Shown: positions 33,872 through 40,000 of the stretch, in pieces
Position numbering within the stretch: the first letter of the stretch is position 1
How the letters are laid out: every line of letters starts with the position of its first letter
Source of the DNA: Erwinia phage AH04
Length of the DNA stretch: 40,000 nt
Sequence record: MZ501267.1
Reading direction: 5' to 3' (one strand)
Program-made: the position numbers and the translations under genes
Notes under the pieces: model-generated
Database searches by the model: none
Told to the model about the DNA's origin: nothing
Seen by the model: the letters and a program-made list of their open reading frames with translations, nothing else

Positions 33872-34423
33872 ATGTTAAGTAAATCTACCAATGCCATTAT
33901 CCCAGAAACTGCGGTAAGCTATAAATTCAAAGTACGTGACTTTGCTGACCTGTTTGAGGGGATGTCTCCTGAACAGATTCACGTTGCATTAGAAGGTGCA
34001 CTGAATATCGTATTTGCTCGTCCAACGAGCAACATGGCAATCGTTGAAGGTAGTGAGCCAGACACCGAAGAACAGACTGATGAAGAAGATCAACTCGATC
34101 ATGAATCTCAGGTTGTATCAAGTGCGGTGTTCGCGCTGGTTGCTCACGGTCAAACTGATGACTCTGCGCCGTTAGACAGTTCTGTTGACCTGGAAGACAC
34201 GCCAGAATACGCACAGATGGAAGAAGCTTTCCAATCAATCGTCAGTAAATTCGCCGCCGAAGTGACTGAAGATAAATTCAATCAAGACGTGGTGACCCTG
34301 CACGGTGAAATGGAGTACTTCGCTCACATCGAACTGTTTACCTATTTCTACGACACCAAAAACGAGGTACTGTCAGTTACCCTGATTTCTACCCCGAGCG
34401 AAGAAACCAGTATCGCAGCATAA
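33872..34423 (+). CDS. Hypothetical acidic protein
   Basis: 183-aa ORF. Confidence 0.75.
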   Translation: MLSKSTNAIIPETAVSYKFKVRDFADLFEGMSPEQIHVALEGALNIVFARPTSNMAIVEGSEPDTEEQTDEEDQLDHESQVVSSAVFALVAHGQTDDSAPLDSSVDLEDTPEYAQMEEAFQSIVSKFAAEVTEDKFNQDVVTLHGEMEYFAHIELFTYFYDTKNEVLSVTLISTPSEETSIAA

Positions 34424-34428
34424 TTAAT

Positions 34429-34460
34429 AACCTACCTTCCCATCTTGGGTAAGGTAGGTT
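34429..34460 (+). terminator. Hairpin AACCTACCTTCCC-atctt-GGGtAAGGTAGGTT
   Basis: 10-bp outer stem plus a 3-bp inner stem, followed by TTATTT. Confidence 0.85.
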
Positions 34461-34506
34461 TTATTTCCTTATATTATTTTTACCCCACCATTAAAGGAGT
34501 AACACC

Positions 34507-35058
34507 ATGACCGTTATCGTTCATGAAAATAAAAAGTTAAGTAGTCTTCCTACTTTAATGGAGACACAGGATATCATAAATGAGTTATCGATGGGTACAG
34601 ATAAACTTTCCAAAGAGGAGTTTATTCGGATTGCTTTAGAGAAATACCCTAAGTTCGATGCCTGGTCTCCGCTGGTCTATTATCGGACTGATGGTACTGT
34701 CTTAGAAACCGATCTTATTCTTGTGTCTCTACGTGGCGCTATTGCATACAAAATGGGTGGCGATCTTCACATCAACTATGGTGATCTGGAAAGTGGTTCT
34801 CCACAGGTCTCGGTCAACATCTTGGGTGATCAACATACACTGCAACTGGGTCGCGCTGTAGCGTCTACCTTCTTAACCGTGCCTGACATCTATAAGGGTA
34901 TCAAAGAAGCAGATCTACAGGTTATCCATTTGGACGGTCAATCTCATCAGTGTCATATCCTGAACCTGGAATGGAAACTGAACAAACCTGAAGCGGATAC
35001 CGATCTGGTTGAGAAAACCGTAAAGGTACTTAACGCCGATCTTCCAACCGAAGAGTAA
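34507..35058 (+). CDS. Hypothetical protein
   Basis: 183-aa ORF with AAAGGAG upstream. Confidence 0.75.
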   Translation: MTVIVHENKKLSSLPTLMETQDIINELSMGTDKLSKEEFIRIALEKYPKFDAWSPLVYYRTDGTVLETDLILVSLRGAIAYKMGGDLHINYGDLESGSPQVSVNILGDQHTLQLGRAVASTFLTVPDIYKGIKEADLQVIHLDGQSHQCHILNLEWKLNKPEADTDLVEKTVKVLNADLPTEE

Positions 35059-35060
35059 CT

Positions 35061-35095
35061 AACTCCCTACCCCTCCGTTAGGAAGGGTAGGGGTT
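35061..35095. terminator. Bidirectional hairpin around CCCTACCC...GGGTAGGG
   Basis: Inverted repeat between convergent genes. Confidence 0.78.
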
Positions 35096-35112
35096 ATGTG
35101 TCTTTTATTTTT

Positions 35113-36423
35113 CTATCTTAAAATTTGTTCTAGCGTCATGGTAATCGTCTTCAACTGAGAGACGTGCATTGCCTTCATCCTTGTTAACATAAACTGAGTA
35201 AAGATGTAAACAGTTTCTGCTGACACACGTGTTTCAATTGCGCCGAGTTTATTACCCGCACAAGTTTTACACAGGTTATCTTCAGGTTGCTGACAGAATT
35301 GAGGAACACGCATCTGAACAACTTTACCCAGTAACGCTGTATCATCTTTCTTAATGAGAGTAGGAACTCTCTCTATTAAGTGATACCCACCTACCCAACC
35401 TTTAAAGTTATGCTTAGATAACTTAACGGCTTCAGTGCGTGGTGACTCGCAGTCCTCACCGCCAATCATAATACGGTTGGTTAAAAGAATGGCTACCTTC
35501 ACCTCTGCACCACCTTCACCGGTCGCGTTACCGCGGTCGAATGAGGCGGAGATTGCGGTGTTGATGTATTCCGGATAATGGTCCTGGTCCCAGCCTTCGT
35601 TCAAAGACTTACGAAGGAGTTGGTACTTACCAGTATTAAAATCAGGAACCATATCAAAGATGATAAACATCTTCTTACGGGCGTTATCAATAAACTTGCT
35701 GTTAATAAAGAAGTCCGCAGAAGGTCCCGCGTACTGGATTTTGGCATCAAGTGCAATAACTTCATCAATTGCCAGAGCGACTGCAGTAGGATCATCAAGC
35801 TTACCGTTATCTTCAAGTTCTTTTAGCAGCTTATCGCGTAATGCAATAACATCTGGGTGAACCGTAAGTACATCAATGGAGGAGGCTTTAACGAAGACGT
35901 TGTTCATGCCTTCCAGGTAGTCCAATTGCTTGGTTACCTTTAAGCAGTCATCAACGGACGCTTTACCTTCGGGTACTGGTTTATCGGGACTTGGGTTATC
36001 AACCATCAAGCCATCAATAACCCCCATGATCGTCCCACCACTGATCTTACCGTTGATGTAGCTAGTGCGGGTTCCAAACGACTCATAGAGAACCACGATG
36101 TTGGTCAAGAAGATTCCAATGGTGGTCTGGATCTTTTCTTTAACAAAGTCAGTGGTATCCATATCAATCGTGATAGGGTCGTTCTTATAAAAGAGAGGGC
36201 GACTGAAATCATCGTGACCGGTAATCACTGTCCGCTCTTTGTTTTCATTAAAGAAGTAAAGTTCTTTCTTCTCGTTATCCCGGAATACTGCATACGGGAC
36301 GTCGGCCAACTTCTTATTGTTGTTTGGGGTGTCGTGAACCAAACTGAAAATAGAAAGAAGAAAGGTCTTTCTGGTATACGCCCGATTCTTGAACGCATGA
36401 AACAGGAAATCAAGCTTATGCAT
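35113..36423 (-). CDS. Probable virion RNA polymerase beta' C-terminal fragment (phiKZ gp80-like)
   Basis: RIMIGGEDCESPRTEAVKL then NLCKTCAGNKLG...KAMHVSQLKT, paralleling the DCGST...CSRCFG...KTKHRIG order of 26952-28973. Confidence 0.65.
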   Translation of the reverse strand: MHKLDFLFHAFKNRAYTRKTFLLSIFSLVHDTPNNNKKLADVPYAVFRDNEKKELYFFNENKERTVITGHDDFSRPLFYKNDPITIDMDTTDFVKEKIQTTIGIFLTNIVVLYESFGTRTSYINGKISGGTIMGVIDGLMVDNPSPDKPVPEGKASVDDCLKVTKQLDYLEGMNNVFVKASSIDVLTVHPDVIALRDKLLKELEDNGKLDDPTAVALAIDEVIALDAKIQYAGPSADFFINSKFIDNARKKMFIIFDMVPDFNTGKYQLLRKSLNEGWDQDHYPEYINTAISASFDRGNATGEGGAEVKVAILLTNRIMIGGEDCESPRTEAVKLSKHNFKGWVGGYHLIERVPTLIKKDDTALLGKVVQMRVPQFCQQPEDNLCKTCAGNKLGAIETRVSAETVYIFTQFMLTRMKAMHVSQLKTITMTLEQILR

Positions 36424-37294
36424 TTAACTTCACCTTTTTAATGATCTCCATTGCTTTATAGGCTTCTTCAATGGTGGTGGTTTGATCTTCTACCAGCGAA
36501 CTGAACTGACCGTAGATTGCAGCATCAGACAACGCTGAAATCAGCATCAGTGACAACACGTTCTTTAAATAGTCAAAGGGGTTGGTTGCCAGGTCTTTTG
36601 CCAGGTCGCTCATAAAGATCTTCAGGTAACCGTCAATCAGCTGTCCGCCACCGCCGCCCTCGATGATGTGCTTGCCACCTAAGGTACCGCCCAACCATAC
36701 CTTATTCGCTTTGATACGATCACGGATGGTGTGGTCTACATAAGTGGCGTCATCTTCATCAATGACATTTAATCCAATCAGGATGCCGCGGATGGTGTTC
36801 GGGGAGACTTCTTTAATGAAGTACATTGCATTACTGATGTCATATTGCGGCTGGGTCATTTCCACAACCTGAATGAAACGATCTTTGCAATCTTGTTCTT
36901 CATTGTTCAGAACTTCTACCAGACCTAATAGATCGGTTAAACCGTCAAACAAATAGATGGTATCGAGAATACTTTTAAGTTCCACCAAACTGTTCAGTTC
37001 AATGAAATCTTTATCGATGATAATCCCCATCATCTGTAACGCGTCGATGATTGTGTTAATTAGTAACACTCTGACGTGTGCCATTAATTCTGACGTATCC
37101 AGTGTCTCATCAATGAATAACTGGTTAAGCGTGTTATCAATAAAACTTTCTGGGAAAGAGATCGCAATTAAATTATACGACTCATTGAATAATGTAGCTT
37201 GGTGAGGCGTACAGCGAGCAATAAAATCTACCCACATCTCACCCATATTTTCCACACCAAGATCCACATTAGTGAGATCAATCATGTCTGACAT
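36416..37294 (-). CDS. Hypothetical protein
   Basis: 292-aa ORF overlapping the RNAP fragment by 8 nt. Confidence 0.8.
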   Translation of the reverse strand: MSDMIDLTNVDLGVENMGEMWVDFIARCTPHQATLFNESYNLIAISFPESFIDNTLNQLFIDETLDTSELMAHVRVLLINTIIDALQMMGIIIDKDFIELNSLVELKSILDTIYLFDGLTDLLGLVEVLNNEEQDCKDRFIQVVEMTQPQYDISNAMYFIKEVSPNTIRGILIGLNVIDEDDATYVDHTIRDRIKANKVWLGGTLGGKHIIEGGGGGQLIDGYLKIFMSDLAKDLATNPFDYLKNVLSLMLISALSDAAIYGQFSSLVEDQTTTIEEAYKAMEIIKKVKLNA

Positions 37295-37330
37295 AGTTAT
37301 TACCCATTAATCTTTTTGAGGAGTCATAAG

Positions 37331-38038
37331 ATGACCAAAGCAAAGAGTACACAAGTTCGTGCTTCCAAACGTAATGCCCGTGCTAAAGCCAAGAAAGTTT
37401 CAGCTAACAAAGGTCGCACCACACCTACACAGCTGAATAAAAAGAGTTTCCGTAAATCACTTCTTGGTGAACGTTACGACTTCGATCAAGTTCTGAACAA
37501 TGCGGTCCGCGATATTAACAACCGCAAAGAAGTTGCTGGTGAGTTCACTTCCGTTAATGATGTTCTTGATGGATTGAAGAAAACCACCGCCGAAGTATTT
37601 AAACTTTATTCATATATTACATTTGTTCAGGCACTGGCCAAAGAAGGTCTGATCGACCATCAGCTGGCGATTGACATTAAAGCAATCTCCATCAGCCTGA
37701 TCAGTATCGACAAACGTATTCAGAACGTCAGCAAACTGATTGAAGCTGATGAAGAAGAAACTGTCTTCACCGAAGCCCTGGATATTAGCACCACACTTCA
37801 GAACTATTCTGAAGAGCTGTACGCTGAAGTAGTTCGCAGCGAAGAGCATGCTTTGACAATTGAAGAGAGTCTCTCTCGCTTGGCCAAAGATGTGGAAGGT
37901 ATTGACGATGTTAATCAACAACGCTACCAAGTTCTCCAACGCTTCGCCTATCAGTATCTCACAGAAGTTAAAGATGAGATTGATGGCAAGGTTGCTGCAG
38001 ATACTCGAACAGAGACTGCGGAACCAGTTACAGAATAA
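37331..38038 (+). CDS. Hypothetical protein with strongly basic N-terminus (start revised from 37316)
   Basis: GAGGAG precedes ATG 37331; MTKAKSTQVRASKRNARAKAKKVSANKG. Confidence 0.75.
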   Translation: MTKAKSTQVRASKRNARAKAKKVSANKGRTTPTQLNKKSFRKSLLGERYDFDQVLNNAVRDINNRKEVAGEFTSVNDVLDGLKKTTAEVFKLYSYITFVQALAKEGLIDHQLAIDIKAISISLISIDKRIQNVSKLIEADEEETVFTEALDISTTLQNYSEELYAEVVRSEEHALTIEESLSRLAKDVEGIDDVNQQRYQVLQRFAYQYLTEVKDEIDGKVAADTRTETAEPVTE

Positions 38039-38064
38039 CCCATCCCCGTTACAGGAAATTAAAG

Positions 38065-39696
38065 ATGTCCGAAGAAAAGACTGAACTTGAGAAAGGAATT
38101 CAAAAGGAAGTTGCAATGAACGTATTGCGTGCTTCTGTGATTGGTAAGCACGATGAAAGTTTTGATCCCGCTATCCTTCCTATTTTTGTTGGTGCTCTGG
38201 GTGAAACCCACCGTTCGATCTATAAGACAGCGGTGACGTACACGGCATTACAACGTGCACTGTCTGATGAAGAGGTTGGGCGCGGTTCTCCAGAAGGTCG
38301 TGATTCAAAAGCGCTGAAACTGTCTTTTGACGAACTGGTCAATGAGCATTTCCCAGATATAGAGGAAGATGAGTTGGTCGCAATGTTGATCAACTACATG
38401 TCCTTTATCTATAAAGGTGTTGACCGTTTGTTACTGCGTGATGAGAACGCCGAAATTATCCTGCGTGAGGGATTGTCAAACACTGTAGCCGGTAAAGACA
38501 ATACCCGTGTGGGAACAATCTCCCCAGTCAAACCAAGTAATGATAAAACCCTGTCGCCGCGTGACCGTATGCGTCGTAACTTGCGTGGTGGTCGTGGTGA
38601 ACCTGATACGTTCAATATCATCCTGCTCAACTCTCTGATTTTCCTACGTGTAGAGATCCCTAGTGCACCAGACTTGATCCGATTGATCAACACTATTGCC
38701 ACTCGTCTTCAGACCTATGGCGAGCGTTACAATGTCTCTGCGCTGCATCTGGAACGTGCTGGTATCAGTGAGATCCTGATTGACTTTGTGCTGGACCGTT
38801 TGAAGTACCACAGTGTGAAAGATGTGTCTGATCACTATGAACTCAAACAGTACATCTTGCAGAATGACCTTAACCCGATTGTCATGGGTCTGCTCTGCAC
38901 AACTGCACCGAAGGGTGTGTCGTTCCGCATGTACTGCGTCGCGAACAAATGTCAACACAGTGAAGTGCAAATTGTTGACCCTACCACGATGGTTCTGGAT
39001 GTTGAAGACGACATGCCGGAAGAACGCCGTGCACTTCTTTACGATATCGTAAATAAAGGGCGTAAACTTTCCCGTGAAGAACTCTGGGCTAACCGCCCGG
39101 TCTATAAAGACCAAGACGGTAAAGAGCTGGACGATTCTATTCCTATCGAAAACATTGGACGTTATAAAATCCAGATTCCTTATCTGGACGAATACTTCTC
39201 AACCTTCCGGGCCATGTGTGACCGCATCAACCCAGACCTGCGTCAGTTGGCAATGGACTTCCCGAACGTGGAAGATTTCAAACGCAAACGTAAAGACTAC
39301 ATGTCGGGTATTCGCGGCAGTGAATATATTCAATGGATCGGTTCTGTTGAGTATGATCCTGAAGCCGGTACTGAAGGTGAAGTCGAAATCATCAAACGTG
39401 AAGAAGATCCTCGCAGCTTTGAACAAGGCCTGCTGGATAACTTCAGTGATGATGAAGAATTGTATATGGATGTATTGCAGAAGCTTATTCGTTTTATCCC
39501 GCGTATGACCTATACTTATGTGGGGATTCCAAACGACGCGTGCCCGGCTTGTAATAAATCTGCAGATTCGGTTGATCGTGAACTGACCAAAGGGTTTACC
39601 CCCATTGATCCGATCATGAATTTTTTCGACCGTACCCGAATGATGATTGGTATGAGAGAGACCGCGGCGAGTTCTATCGAGGAAAATCTTTCTTAG
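38065..39696 (+). CDS. Hypothetical protein with Cys/His-rich elements, possibly virion assembly related
   Basis: 543-aa ORF; CVANKCQH and CPACNK Cys pairs. Confidence 0.8.
   Translation: MSEEKTELEKGIQKEVAMNVLRASVIGKHDESFDPAILPIFVGALGETHRSIYKTAVTYTALQRALSDEEVGRGSPEGRDSKALKLSFDELVNEHFPDIEEDELVAMLINYMSFIYKGVDRLLLRDENAEIILREGLSNTVAGKDNTRVGTISPVKPSNDKTLSPRDRMRRNLRGGRGEPDTFNIILLNSLIFLRVEIPSAPDLIRLINTIATRLQTYGERYNVSALHLERAGISEILIDFVLDRLKYHSVKDVSDHYELKQYILQNDLNPIVMGLLCTTAPKGVSFRMYCVANKCQHSEVQIVDPTTMVLDVEDDMPEERRALLYDIVNKGRKLSREELWANRPVYKDQDGKELDDSIPIENIGRYKIQIPYLDEYFSTFRAMCDRINPDLRQLAMDFPNVEDFKRKRKDYMSGIRGSEYIQWIGSVEYDPEAGTEGEVEIIKREEDPRSFEQGLLDNFSDDEELYMDVLQKLIRFIPRMTYTYVGIPNDACPACNKSADSVDRELTKGFTPIDPIMNFFDRTRMMIGMRETAASSIEENLS
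39621..39627 (+). promoter_or_regulatory. Candidate -1 slippery heptamer T_TTT_TTC
   Basis: In phase with the 38065 frame (AAT TTT TTC); the -1 frame is open from 39609 through 40000. Confidence 0.4.
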
Positions 39697-39722
39697 CAGA
39701 TGAGTCCGAACTTCCTAAGCAA

Positions 39723-40000
39723 ATGGTTGATCAAGCATTAAAATTGTTTATCGAGCATGCCAATGAAAAGGACGGACTCAAAAGAGCAATCATCAGCCGG
39801 AAGATTACCATGGTTATGCATGGTTGGGTGGGTCTGGAACAAAACGGAAACGCCCAGCTTAAGTTCAACCATCAGCGAAGAGATCTATTCCATCTCTGGT
39901 CTGCAAAGAACTTTGGGTACACCTTCGGGATACGGGAATACAATAAGTTCCTTTCATTAAAAGAGTACTTTGAGATGCCAATTGATCTCATGGACGATAT
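39723..40000 (+). CDS. 5' part of a gene truncated by the window end (MVDQALKLFIEHANEKDGLKRAIISRKITMVMHGWVG...)
   Basis: Open frame to the window edge; first ATG at 39723, weak RBS. Confidence 0.55.
   Translation, partial: MVDQALKLFIEHANEKDGLKRAIISRKITMVMHGWVGLEQNGNAQLKFNHQRRDLFHLWSAKNFGYTFGIREYNKFLSLKEYFEMPIDLMDD

Noticed and set aside
34471-34477. ATATTAT upstream of 34507-35058 as another promoter copy
   Set aside because: The 7-mer matches but the TGTA half is absent at the N5 position (CCCC), so it was not counted.
37615-37624. CATATATTAC inside 37331-38038
   Set aside because: Resembles the phiKZ early promoter core but is intragenic, lacks the TGTA half and is not before a gene start.
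39757-39960. 67-aa ORF near the window end
   Set aside because: Shadow of the frame that remains open to 40000 (MVDQALKLFIEHANEK...), which has better protein-like composition.
1-40000. CRISPR array, tRNAs, transposon or inteins
   Set aside because: No regularly spaced direct repeats, cloverleaf candidates, transposase motifs or intein splice-junction signatures were noticed; a computational scan (tRNAscan-SE, minced) was not possible here.

Overview
This 40 kb window is a gene-dense segment of a nucleus-forming, phiKZ-like jumbo phage. No host genes, tRNAs, CRISPR arrays or transposons were seen. Anchors visible in the sequence: a PhuZ-type phage tubulin (1659-2609, STGGGTGAS G-box); a 637-aa protein directly upstream of an RNA polymerase beta'-N fragment, the phiKZ gp54/gp55 arrangement, and so a strong chimallin/ChmA candidate (10169-12082); non-virion RNAP fragments for beta' N (DFDGD), beta C and beta' C, plus a candidate fifth subunit; a likely virion RNAP beta' C fragment on the minus strand (35113-36423); a divergent family-B DNA polymerase portion (DTDS motif, no recognisable motif A); an SbcD-like metallophosphoesterase; a DEAH-type SF2 helicase; an SSB-like protein with a Gly/Asn/Ser linker and acidic tip; and an orphan HigA-like HTH protein. 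Less expected signals: (1) a recurrent intergenic element ATATTAT-N5-TGTA upstream of five transcription units, including chmA and RNAP beta; (2) a 2H-phosphoesterase-like gene (HAT...HVS) reminiscent of anti-CBASS Acb1, next to an un-tracked 54-aa membrane microprotein; (3) three tandem paralogous small proteins; (4) a canonical U_UUU_UUC slippery heptamer near the end of the last complete gene, leading into an open frame that continues through the window edge; (5) a family of perfect hairpins, three with ATAT loops, marking unit ends; (6) an SSB-like protein and a Met/Asn-rich-tailed protein with low-complexity regions. All family assignments are by eye from motifs and synteny; no database search was run.
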